Shown: in pieces, positions 45,300-56,600 of the stretch
Position numbering within the stretch: the first letter of the stretch is position 1
Layout of the letters: every line of letters starts with the position of its first letter
Source: a virus
Length of the DNA stretch: 64,000 bases
IMG/VR virus record: IMGVR_UViG_3300045988_114239
Reading direction: 5' to 3' (one strand)
Program-made: the position numbers and the translations under genes
The notes under the pieces: generated by a model
Seen by the model: only the letters and a program-made list of their open reading frames with translations
What the model was told of the DNA's origin: nothing
Databases searched by the model: none

Positions 45300-46743
45300 C
45301 TGGTATTGAAAAAAATAGGTTCAGATCTTGGGTAAAGATTCGAGCCAATTTTTAACATCTTTAGGTAATTATATACAACTTTACACCACAAATACGCCAA
45401 TTTGTTTTCATATATAAATAATAATTTCTATATTTGTGTCATGAGATTAGTCGAACAACATACAATCAAGCCAAGTTCTGTTTATTACAATGAGCTTTAT
45501 GACTTATTGCATAAGTGTAAAAACTTATACAATAAAGGGTTATATGTTGTTAGACAGTATTATTTTCAATACAAGGATGATAATACTGTAAAGTATAAGT
45601 ACCTAAACTACTATTCTCTTGAAAAGAAGTTAAGAACAGAAAATGATGTTGACTATCGTGCTTTACCAGCACCGGTTGCTCAACAAGTGTTGATGATGGT
45701 TGATAGAAACTTTAAATCTTTCTTCAATCTCTTTAATAAAAAGAATAGAGGTGAGTATTCTGAGGAAGTAAGAATGCCAAGGTATCTCAACAAGGGTGGT
45801 TTGTTTCCTGCTGTTTTTGCAACAAATGCTTTTTCTCAAAAATGGATAAAACAAGGCATTGTTAAGTTACCAAAACAGTTTTCCTTTACAACAAGAACTA
45901 ACAAGCAAAATATTCAACAACTTAGATTCATTCCTAAGAATGGGTATATTGTTCTTGAAATAGTTTACAATAAGAAGGAAAAGAATCTTATGTCCGATAA
46001 TGGGAACTATCTTGGCATCGACATAGGATTGGATAATTTAGCATCTTGTGTTTCAAACACCGGTTCTTGTTTTATCATCAATGGTAGACCACTAAAGTCT
46101 ATTAACCAATATTATAACAAAAGGTTAGCATTCTTAAAATCTAAGTTAAAAGACAATAAACAGATTTCAAAACAAATAAGGTCATTAACCGACAAAAGGA
46201 ATAACAAGATCAAAGACTATCTGCATAAAGCAAGTAGAATATTGGTTAATCATGTAGTTTCCAATGGTATTAATACGATCATAATCGGTCATAACAAGTG
46301 CTGGAAACAAGAGATCAATATTGGAAAGCGTAATAATCAGAACTTTGTATCTATTCCTTTTAATTCGTTTATCAGTATGATATCGTATAAAGCTACATTA
46401 GAAGGTATTAATGTTAAGATCGTTGAAGAATCTTATACTTCAAAATGTAGCTTTTTAGATAATGAACGGATTTGCAAACATGAATCTTACAAAGGAAGAA
46501 GGATTAAACGAGGATTGTTTAAAACCTCTTCTGGTAAGACAATTAATGCTGATATCAATGGTGCTTTTAACATCATCCGTAAATCGGAAAAAGAATCCTT
46601 TGATGTAACGATGTTACCAGAAGGTAGAGGGTTTTGGTGTAACCCGGTACGAATTTCCGTATAAATGTGTATTACTTTACGCTTTTGGTGTAAAGTGGTA
46701 TATAATCACCCATTTAGGGTCTTTGTCTATTCTATCTCTCAGT
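45300..46743 (+). mobile_element. IS200/IS605-family TnpB-only (IS1341-like) element; boundaries approximate
   Basis: A lone plus-strand gene in a minus-strand block. It encodes TnpB and there is no TnpA nearby. Confidence 0.6.
45441..46664 (+). CDS. tnpB: TnpB (OrfB) RuvC-like RNA-guided endonuclease homolog: RuvC-I GIDIGLDNLA, RuvC-II IVEESYTSKCS, RuvC-III NADINGAFNI; zinc finger degenerate (only two Cys)
   Basis: All three RuvC motifs are in canonical order and spacing. The N-terminal region is typical of the OrfB_IS605 family. The start was trimmed to MRLVEQ. Confidence 0.85.
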   Translation: MRLVEQHTIKPSSVYYNELYDLLHKCKNLYNKGLYVVRQYYFQYKDDNTVKYKYLNYYSLEKKLRTENDVDYRALPAPVAQQVLMMVDRNFKSFFNLFNKKNRGEYSEEVRMPRYLNKGGLFPAVFATNAFSQKWIKQGIVKLPKQFSFTTRTNKQNIQQLRFIPKNGYIVLEIVYNKKEKNLMSDNGNYLGIDIGLDNLASCVSNTGSCFIINGRPLKSINQYYNKRLAFLKSKLKDNKQISKQIRSLTDKRNNKIKDYLHKASRILVNHVVSNGINTIIIGHNKCWKQEINIGKRNNQNFVSIPFNSFISMISYKATLEGINVKIVEESYTSKCSFLDNERICKHESYKGRRIKRGLFKTSSGKTINADINGAFNIIRKSEKESFDVTMLPEGRGFWCNPVRISV

Positions 46744-47112
46744 TCATGCAATGCTGAGTCCATAACCGTATTCGGTACGCCAATCAAATCTCTTAGCAGA
46801 CTCTAATTTTGAAGATAATATAAGAGAATATAAACCAGATTCATTAATTATTCTTATACTATCTATATATCTGGTTTTCAATATAGATCGTTTTACGCCC
46901 CATTGATTATCAGATACTTGCAAAAGCATAGAATCATCATCATCTACATGTCTTTTTACCGCATCTTTAGCATTTATATATCCAAGAGATTTAGCCACAT
47001 CTGACGCCACAAACCAAACATCTCCTTTTGGATCTACAATAATTCTAAGCTCTCCAAAATCCGAACTTTCAAAAACAGAAACTTTATCCATGATAAAAAA
47101 AAATAGGCCCAA
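46744..47112 (-). CDS. Bro-N domain protein (phage antirepressor/KilA-N-like DNA-binding protein)
   Basis: Bro-N pattern F.S..FGELRIIVDPKGDVWFVASDVAKSLGY.NAKDAV.RHVDDDD. Confidence 0.7.
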   Translation of the reverse strand: MGLFFFIMDKVSVFESSDFGELRIIVDPKGDVWFVASDVAKSLGYINAKDAVKRHVDDDDSMLLQVSDNQWGVKRSILKTRYIDSIRIINESGLYSLILSSKLESAKRFDWRTEYGYGLSIA

Positions 47113-47270
47113 AAGAGAATGTCAGATCCCACTATGACAAACCCTAATGAGCCAAAAATATCTTTCAACATCAAACAACCAGAGGTGGGATCTCGTTGTT
47201 CATTGTTTCTGGAACAAAAATAGGAACAGGATCTTAAATAGCAAATATTTTAATACTTTTTAAATCAAAC

Positions 47271-47306
47271 CAGGGCCCGCATCACTGCGAGCCCTGATCT
47301 CTAAAC
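47271..47306. terminator. GC-rich hairpin CAGGGC-N14-GCCCTG in a 680-bp low-coding region
   Basis: Direct reading. It is an isolated GC-rich structure in AT-rich DNA, downstream of the 752-aa gene and upstream of Bro-N. Confidence 0.35.
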
Positions 47307-47371
47307 TAATACCATGAAATACTCAAATCTAAAAACTAAAGAACACACAAATGTATGAAAATGTATGCTTT

Positions 47372-47569
47372 TCACAAAGAATCTGTATCCTGTTCTTTTG
47401 TGTGATTCAAGACATGGGATATAGTTCTGATACTTAATCCGGTTTGATTTTGTATCAGATTATAAATATAGGATTTTGAAACTACAGTTCTTAATTGACC
47501 TAAATCATTCATAATGTTTTTATACATAAGATGAATGCTGTTGTTACGTTTGATGGTACTGATTCTCAT
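47372..47569 (-). CDS. small ORF (65 aa), doubtful
   Basis: It is the only ORF in an otherwise non-coding region. Confidence 0.25.
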   Translation of the reverse strand: MRISTIKRNNSIHLMYKNIMNDLGQLRTVVSKSYIYNLIQNQTGLSIRTISHVLNHTKEQDTDSL

Positions 47570-47792
47570 TTCCTACTGTTATTAGTTACGTCCGGTTCTT
47601 ACTTTTTCCTATTTCTATAATCCCTTCCTGAAACTAATATTGCAAACTTAATAAAAATAATTCATAAACAATGAAAATCTAACTTTTCTTGTATGTTATT
47701 GATATACGTGCATATATGAGAAAAGTGAGACTTTCACAAGCCTCACTTCCCAAATTATAACTATGAAAAAACTATATATATGTACACAAAAA

Positions 47793-50051
47793 TTACCTAC
47801 ATTCCAATTTATTAAGATCATCCAATTCAGGCTTGCTTACGGTCATGTCTTGCGTCAAGCCAGATCTGTTTTGGTATGGAGCGTAATCGGTTTCTACCGT
47901 CTTAGCCTTCTGAGTAGAATCGTATTTCACCTCTGATTCGGTTCCTGTCAGATTTTGGTAGATAGAGCCGGAACTACTCTCGCTTACTTTAGACCATATC
48001 TTATTACCTACTCTTATAAAATTATCATAAATACCTTCTGCTGTTATAACACCATCTCGCTCTACGATATTAGGGCCCGATTTTTCTTTTAACAGATACG
48101 GGTGCCTGGTGTAAAAATAGTGTTCAAAATCATTCCCGGCATACGAAGAGTCATACTTCTCCAAATAAAACAATTCTGATAAAGAAGGGTCGGTACTGGT
48201 CATGCTATAATCAAACAACATCAACCTGTCTTTTCCAGATAAAGATAATTCTATTGATTTCAAAATATCAGGATCATCAGAAATAAGGCCCAAAGATGGA
48301 CCAGGTTTGAAGTCAAGATACTTATAGGCATTATCATATAATTTTGTTTTATGGAGTTTGTTGTCAAGGTAAGATTGGTATAAATCGAATAAGGATAATG
48401 GGTTTTCGCTATCTTGTTTTTTGTTCATGTATCGACTATACTCCCGATCCACATCCACGTAAGGAACGTCAAGTACCGCCGGGTGTCCAAACGCCATCCT
48501 GGTCATTATCATGTCCTCCGTGTTCTGAGAATCCATGAACGATCTGACGTATTTTTTAATGGAAGCCATGAGCGTATTATTATCTACGTTCCGTACTTTC
48601 TCTTTATCCAAAACGCCGTTCTTAAAACAAGATTCAGGATATATTTTAGTAGAAAAATGAGTTAGGTTGTGCTTGGCTAACACTGTTGATATTTGATACA
48701 TCTCGTTAATATCATCTTTGCTGATCCTTTGATATAGATTATCTCCTACCTTAAGCAATGAATGTTTCTCAAACGCTTCTACTGGGTCTATATTGGATTC
48801 AGAATAAACGATATTCAAATTATCCATATACTCCGGCAATAATTCAGAATAATAATCTGTGCTATCACCAAGAACATCATCTATAGAAGATGCCAGCGTT
48901 GGAGCATAATTTACATCATTATGCCTGGCCACATAAATATCAAGATCCAGCATCAAATTATCTATCTTATTCAAAGATTCTTCTGTGCCATCATAAGTTT
49001 CCGATGTCCCTATTATATCTATGCCAAACCACGTACAAGCCTCTTCTATATCCCATATCATGCTTCTTAAATCGGATTCGGTGTCGGCATTAGCCCTATG
49101 TAAATAAGCTGATATACGAGCTCTTAGGAACTCTATTTTGCCAGGATTGTAATAAGACAGATCTTGTAACTTAGACAAGGATCTTCTCTTGCCTTCTACC
49201 ACATCATCCCCTTCTATGTTTATTACCGGAATCTTATTCGTAGATGAGAACTCATCAAACATAGATTCGGCAAATTCTTTATCAGAAACGAATTTCTCAA
49301 CCAGTTCAGGATAGGAATTTCTCAACGATTCAAAAGCAGATGAAAATTCAGAAAAGTTTTTTATGCCGGCTACTGTTTTACGCATAGCATAATAAAGCTC
49401 AGAAGGATTATATGGTACCTTTTTACCAAATTGGTTAAACACTCCCTCCTTGTAAACAATAGGACCATACTGATAGTCAATAGACATAAAATAATTATCT
49501 TTTTCCCTATCATGTTCGTTAATAGAAGAATCTATTAACTTTCTCATGGAAGTCAAAACCTCGTTTAAAACAGAAGGATCGGATAAAATACGACTTATCT
49601 CTGTTTCATCATACAAACCGGATCTCCTTAATTTCTGCTCATTCAGTATCAAACTGCCATCTACATAAAAATCGAAGAGAATAGCATTAGACAATGAAGA
49701 CGCATTGAAAAAATAATGAGTAGACAAAAGGAAATCCCTTACATCCTTAATGTCCTGAGCCGTTAAAGGATCAGCAAAATAAGTCTGACGCTTCATATAC
49801 GACAGCACGTCTTCTAAAAGAGGTTCGCCATTGGGATCGGTATTAAATATCTCCCCTGGAGCCGGATTATTCCAATGACCGTAATACGACAAAAAACCAG
49901 GAGTGTAAGCCTTAGCCCATACCTGAAGAGCCCGCTCGCTGTTTCCTAATACTTTTAAAGCACTTTCGTAAAGAACGGAAGGCTCCCCGTTAGGAGCCTT
50001 AACCCGTTTTATTTCATTTTCCTTTTTTTCTATCTGACATTTGACACCCAT
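47793..50051 (-). CDS. 752-aa protein, probable virion structural/tail component
   Basis: Long ORF in a block of large co-oriented genes. No enzyme motifs were recognised. Confidence 0.8.
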   Translation of the reverse strand: MGVKCQIEKKENEIKRVKAPNGEPSVLYESALKVLGNSERALQVWAKAYTPGFLSYYGHWNNPAPGEIFNTDPNGEPLLEDVLSYMKRQTYFADPLTAQDIKDVRDFLLSTHYFFNASSLSNAILFDFYVDGSLILNEQKLRRSGLYDETEISRILSDPSVLNEVLTSMRKLIDSSINEHDREKDNYFMSIDYQYGPIVYKEGVFNQFGKKVPYNPSELYYAMRKTVAGIKNFSEFSSAFESLRNSYPELVEKFVSDKEFAESMFDEFSSTNKIPVINIEGDDVVEGKRRSLSKLQDLSYYNPGKIEFLRARISAYLHRANADTESDLRSMIWDIEEACTWFGIDIIGTSETYDGTEESLNKIDNLMLDLDIYVARHNDVNYAPTLASSIDDVLGDSTDYYSELLPEYMDNLNIVYSESNIDPVEAFEKHSLLKVGDNLYQRISKDDINEMYQISTVLAKHNLTHFSTKIYPESCFKNGVLDKEKVRNVDNNTLMASIKKYVRSFMDSQNTEDMIMTRMAFGHPAVLDVPYVDVDREYSRYMNKKQDSENPLSLFDLYQSYLDNKLHKTKLYDNAYKYLDFKPGPSLGLISDDPDILKSIELSLSGKDRLMLFDYSMTSTDPSLSELFYLEKYDSSYAGNDFEHYFYTRHPYLLKEKSGPNIVERDGVITAEGIYDNFIRVGNKIWSKVSESSSGSIYQNLTGTESEVKYDSTQKAKTVETDYAPYQNRSGLTQDMTVSKPELDDLNKLECR

Positions 50052-50077
50052 TGTAATTAACTTTTTTGCAAAGTTAA

Positions 50078-50617
50078 TTATAAAACCGACTTATACAATG
50101 ACGGATCCCAAATTCCTTCTATATAAATCTCCGGAAAACTCAAACTGCCATCACGAAGAGTGGTGACTTCCAAGCTGGGAATGTTGAAAACAGTACTGGT
50201 ATCACCAAACTCACCATTCAACTTGATAGCATTTCCGCTGTTATTAGCCTCATAATAAAAATAACAATAATTTTCATTAATGCTTGGATCATATTCGTAC
50301 CAATATGTTAGATCTTGTATATGATCTTCTATGTTACCAATTTTGTTTTCACCTAATATAAAAATACCATTATTGCTATGATTATAAACCATAGATTCAT
50401 AACCACCATAATTCCAATTACTATTAAACATTATGTAACTAACATCAGAATCATGATCTTTTAATACAGGTCCTATATGTATATGAATTTTATTAAACTG
50501 ACATACATAAGGTCTTTTTCCTCCAAGCCTTTTTATATCTTCATTGGATAACTTATTATAACATCCTCCCACAAAATTATCCGCAGCATTAAAAAATCTC
50601 CTTCTCATACTTAACAC
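50078..50617 (-). CDS. hypothetical 179-aa protein
   Basis: Its start overlaps the stop of the 2238-aa gene by 7 nt. Confidence 0.6.
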   Translation of the reverse strand: MLSMRRRFFNAADNFVGGCYNKLSNEDIKRLGGKRPYVCQFNKIHIHIGPVLKDHDSDVSYIMFNSNWNYGGYESMVYNHSNNGIFILGENKIGNIEDHIQDLTYWYEYDPSINENYCYFYYEANNSGNAIKLNGEFGDTSTVFNIPSLEVTTLRDGSLSFPEIYIEGIWDPSLYKSVL

Positions 50618-53600
50618 TCCTTATTTAACTCATTTATCGAATCCGAATTATCAGAACCTTCTACAAGATTCTTATTCCTATCTATCTCTTCCTGGCTCAT
50701 ATTACTAATCATATTTTGTATTTTCCTACCAGATTGAGATAAAGAACGGATGAATGCGCTGGAACTTATCTTAACTCCAAGATCCGGTTTTGCCCTAAAC
50801 GCTTCACCGGTACTGATATTATACAAATCATACACACCTGAGTTCATATAGAATTTATATATCCAGTTTCCACCAGCTTTTTTGTACCCTAATTTGGTTA
50901 ACTCGACTACACTCATACCAAATTTAATGCCATTACGACCCATTATCTTCTCCGGTATAGGTTCTACTTTAGCCGGAACAGATGTATATGCTTCATCGCC
51001 GCCGTACAGGAAATAAGGGGTTGTCACCCTTGATATGTGAGTAAGCGACTCTTCGGATATACGAGGTTCGTCTTTCGCAGCCTTAGATCCTTTCCTTAGA
51101 TTGGATATTCTAATAAAAGGATCGTATGTCAAAAAGGTTAAGCCGTATTCTACTTTATAACCTGATACGCCGTTAAGGTCCCTTATAGCCTTAGTCGTAT
51201 GCGAGTGATTGATGGTGTCTATACCATACCTTGATTCCATATCGGTCATAATACTATTAACCTCATCTCCCTCTACATAAACCTCTTCTCCTTCCGGGAT
51301 AGAGGTTATGCCGGCAGCCCTTCTAAGTAGCCATAAAGTAACTTCAGCAATGTCAGAGAACTTATCTCCGTTCTTCCTATAGTTATCTACTCTTCCTTCT
51401 TCAGATCCAGGTAATTCGACATTTCTTTCAACTTCGACATTTGTTCTGGATTGTCCTTTGCCTTCTCCATCTCCCTTTTTATCGCCATCTTCCTCAGTGC
51501 GTACTGCACCGCCTTCTGCACTTCCTTCTTTTCCATCATTTAAAATATTATCTGATTCTGACTCTATAGACTCCACGACAGCATCATACTCTGGTATGCC
51601 GCTAAGGAAATCTGCTACGTTATTCAAAAACTCTATTTTTTCCTCGTTTGTCATATCAAGGCTTTCCACGGGCTCCCATATGGCAGGCAAGTTGTTTGAT
51701 TTTATTGCAGTAGAAACATCTTCTACAGTTTTATTATCCACCGTAGGCAAAACTTTAGAAACCAAACTATTGATATCAGATTCCATTTTTTCTACTTCCT
51801 CTTTTGTGCCATATTCTTTTAGGGTATCCATGCCATTGACTCTAAGAGAATAATTCAAAGCCTTGCTTGGAACAAAATTAATATATTTCAAAAAGTTTTT
51901 CAACTCTGATATAATTTGTTCGTCAGATCTTGGCCCAACATAATCAACCACCACCTGATCTGTTTGAGAACGAAGCCAAGAAACGTATTCTTCTAAGGTC
52001 TTACCACCTTTACTGGAAGGAGTGGATATTTTATCACCTACTGTTCCTTTAGGTTCTAATCCCATTTCTTCCTTAAGGCTTTTAGGATTACCTCTCTCAC
52101 GAAGAAACCTCAAATCACCTCCTACAATCTTCCTTGCTATAAAATCAAAAATATTAGCATAAGACGGCAATCCTTCTTTTTCTATATGAGATTCTATTTC
52201 GTTTAACATAAGAGAGAAGTTTTTCCTGAAGGTACGCTTCTTGCCAGGTAAAGACCGCGCAGCTTGTGCCGCAGGAGTCGGCTGAGCTAATGGCGCCGGC
52301 TGAGTCTCCCGGACAGCCCCTTCCTCTGGCATTTCCTCTTCATAAACATCCACGTCTTCTTTAGAAGTAACGGTCTTACCCTCATCAGAGAAAGGAAGAT
52401 CATCCTCTATAAGTGATTTAGGTCTGGAAGATGATTTACCAAACTGAATCCTGATCTTAGGAGCAACAAACATCTCACCTTCGAAATCTATTCCAGATTC
52501 TACTTCAGACGTCACAATGTCTTTCACACTCCTACTTCCATCTTCTACCCACTTAACAACATCAGGAACTGTAGATAATTCTTCTATAGCCTCACGAGCT
52601 TTTCTAAGACCTGAAATAGGATTCAAATACGATACTTGATACGAAGCCGGATCAAGACCTAACTTGGTTAGATACGCATTAAGATCTTGTATATCATCTT
52701 GACCCATCTGTAGCAATTCAGAATCACCGGATTCAAGCAGCATATCTATAAAAGACATCCATTTCCGCCCTTCCTCTGATTCCACAGAACGCAGGCTAAC
52801 TGGGAAAAGATAATTAAGACCGTTTTTACCTTTGATGACAACTACCGGAACTCTTACATTTTTGTAATTATTCCCCTTGTCATTTAATATAGAATAAGCA
52901 AATGGGAAGCCTGTGTATTTAGATCCGTTCTTAAGCACGACTTTGCCATTTAATACATATCCGACATCAGATACTTTTTCAGCACCTTTTTCGGTAATAG
53001 GGAGATTTTCTACCTGGCCATATCCTTGACCGTTCACCTTCATGTTAAACACCGGTCTTCCGGGAAGGGTCTGGGCAACAACATGCGTGCCGACGCCGAT
53101 GGTAGCCGACCGGCCGGCGTCCTTCTTCCACTTGTTAAAAGCCGTTCTTCTTATCTTACTTATACCATCTATGCCTCCTGTGTCAGCTTTTACAACAGAA
53201 ACGAATCTGTTTCCACTCATGACCTTGATAACCATATTGGACACCAGTTTATTCTCAGCAGATTCTATTCTTTTTTTATCGCCGGACTGAACAGCATCAT
53301 TGTATTCGGCAAAAAGAGACTGATTATAGGTATCATTTACATCTATTTCGAGATTAACCTTATCTCCTTTTTTCAAAGAAGATAATGCTTCCTGATCTAT
53401 TTTATCTACCTCATTATCTCCGAATCCGACACCCGTTCTGTACGGAACCAACTCATCTGAATCAAGACGCTTATAAACCAAAGAATAGGAATTACCCACG
53501 TCCTGAATAGACACATCTGTGTAGCGATTAAGAACACGAGCCGATTCTTTGTCTATAGACCATCTCGCATGATAAGGAAGTTCAATTATAGTAGCCGTTT

Positions 53601-56600
53601 CCCCACCTATGTTAAGAGAATACCTTTTAGTGCCATTAGCGTTCGTTTCAGAGCTTATTTGAATAGGAACCAATGATTTTATAGAAGATATAAATTTATC
53701 GGCTCTAAGACCGGCAATTTCATACCTTTCATTGCCGTCGTTGGAGATTCTTCTTACCATCAACGTCTCTGGATTCTGGGCGCTATCTATATTGGCTCCC
53801 GGCGTATTATCAGATTCGTCTAATTCATTTACAAGAGAATCTATATTAGCATCATCCTCCCCAAAATTACTTAACGTAGATTCGGAAATACGACCTTTAT
53901 CAATAATCCTGTTCTGTTCGATATAAGGAAGGAGATCCGTGATGTTTCCAACCTGGCCAAGATCTTCTATGGTAAATACCGAATCGGCAAGCTTATCTTC
54001 GTCAACTTTCTCCCCTTTATCTCGTCTGTTCATTATATCAACATACAAAGAAATAGCATCATCAAGTTCCTTCCTTTGATCTGGTTCCAAATTGGATTTA
54101 GCCATATCAGTAATAGCTTTATTATCCTCATACACAGATCGAGGCTCAGTAAGTCTCCTAACTTTATCTGATAAATCTTTTATCATCTTAGCCGGACTGT
54201 CTCCAAGAAATGATATGTAATCATCAATATCCTGCTTGTATTTATCATATATCTCCTTCTCTCTTGGAGATAAAAGATCTTGATCACCTGTATATATCTT
54301 GTCTACTATACGTTCTCTAACCTCTATAGGTGCAGACAAAAGATCTTCCATAGCCAACTCATAATCAAAATCAGACAATATATCCTCTTTCGGTTTCTGA
54401 GTTATACCATCATTTAAATGACCAAATACTTTCATTGTAAATGCCTCATCTGAATCTATTTCACCATTGTTCAGGAGTTCATTTATTTTTTCATCCAAAC
54501 TGACATTATTACCCTCTGTCTGATAAAAACGATCACTTTCTATAGATTCAGTATTAGAAGATACCATATCATTTAAGAACTTAGAGAATAAAGAAAAATC
54601 GTGTCTCATAAATTTCTTATCCTGCATGGAGTTCATGAATGACCGTAGAACCTTATATTGGGTAATAGCTTGCTGGTATTTTACCACCATCTTTCTTAAA
54701 TCCTCTGCTTCTTTCTTCCCCTTATTGTTCTCGATATAAGTGCTTAAAGAAGCAACAGAATCATAAGCTTTTAATATATCTTCAGCAGTTATCGTTTCGG
54801 ATTTAAACAACTCAAGAGCTGATACTCCAGGATCAAAAGAATAAAATACTTCTTTATAACTACTAAGAAGATCTTCTGACAACCTTCTATATTCCTTATT
54901 AAGATTATCGTATTTAATAGTTTTTTGTTTTATAGCCTCTGCTTCGGTATCATTACCGTCCTCTACTCTTCTCGGAGTTGTAGCCAACCTCTCTATTTCA
55001 GCATTCAGATCATTGATCTCATTACGCAATTCCCTTAACTGATTAGCTGTATCAAAAGCTTGACTTGATAATGAATAAAACGTATTTATATCATCAAACA
55101 AATTATTGTCATTTACATAATCAGCAATATCATTTGATGCTTCCATTGCTATATCCTCTGCATCCAACCCCTTAAACACAGCATTAGCAACATTAGATCG
55201 ATAAAGATCGGATGAAGTCTCAGCAGTAATAGCCTCAGCAAAAGAAGAAGCTTTTTTATAATTGGCTAACTTCTTATCAAAATCTTTTATAATATCTTCC
55301 TTGTATTTTTTAACAGTTTCTTCATCTACTTTCATTTCAGAAGCCAACTCACTTTCGTCAAGGCTTTTAACCATTGACCTGAAATTGTTAGCCGTATCCT
55401 CTAACATTCCCATTCTGTCAGATAATTCAAATTTAGAATAATAATCTGATTCAGGATCATTCATTTGAGCATTAAATTCGGCTAAATTTCGCATAGAGTC
55501 TTTTACAGATTGAGAAGTAAAAGCATTATTACTATTAAATTTCTCAACATCAGTATTAATAGTACGCTCTTTATTTCTCCTTTCATATAAACCAAAAGCA
55601 CCATTTCTGGCTCCAAATAAACCACCAATCAGGGCTCCTATGCCAATCTCTTTCAATCCTTCTTTGGTTGTAAATTGTTCAGCTATGGCCTTAGAAAAAG
55701 AATCAACTATAGAAGACGTAGCATCAAGATACGTCTTATCATATCTTGATCTAATAAAATCTTCCCCCATGCGCTGAGCAACACCTTGCATGCCTTCCTC
55801 CCATACGCCTTCAGATATGGGCCTTTTAGACACATTCCAGACAGTAGCTAAGGATTTCTGGAATAAATTTGCTTTTATCGTCTGTAACCTTCCAGCATCA
55901 CCCGCTACCTTCTTAGTTCCTAATCCAAACAAATAACGATCTATAAAACTCTTTGATCCTCCATATGTATCTGATACACCCTTTAATCCAGGTATGTATT
56001 TAGAAGCAAAACCAGTGTCTACTCCAAGATATTTTCCCAGAAGGAGATAATTGGATAATCCAACTATACCCATATTGGCTAAAAATATGCTGTTTGCTGT
56101 ATCGGAAATAGAACTCTTAAATTCAGCCATCTCGGACTGATTAGGATTCCGACCATACATATTTTTAAAATATTCTTTGTATTTACTTTCAGAGTCTTTC
56201 ATGAAGGACTGAGCTTCCACAGCAGACTCCCAGCCGGCTCCCACGAACGTATTTACTCCTACCTTGGCCATATTGCCGATAGCTCTGCCGTACATCGCTC
56301 CTGCTCTATACGCTCCAAAAGCGGATTTTACAGCACTTGCTGCAATCTTAGATGCTGCCATCTTGCCGGCCACTTTCATCCCTACTTTAGCGCCAACAGC
56401 TCCAAGACTTGACACGCCCATCCCACCTGTAAGGTAGGCAGACAGAATAGCTCCTGTCGTAAACGATAGACCATTTCCAATAACATCATTAAAAATAAAA
56501 TTTGCAGTTCCAAGACTCTGCAAAAATCCCATATCACGCTCTTCTCTTGTATAATAATGAGGAAGAGAGTGGTTTATTCTTTCATCTATATCATTTATGG

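Noticed and set aside
47793-50051. 752-aa protein as large terminase or portal
   Set aside because: There is no Walker A/B ATPase motif or nuclease motif, so it is left as a generic virion protein.
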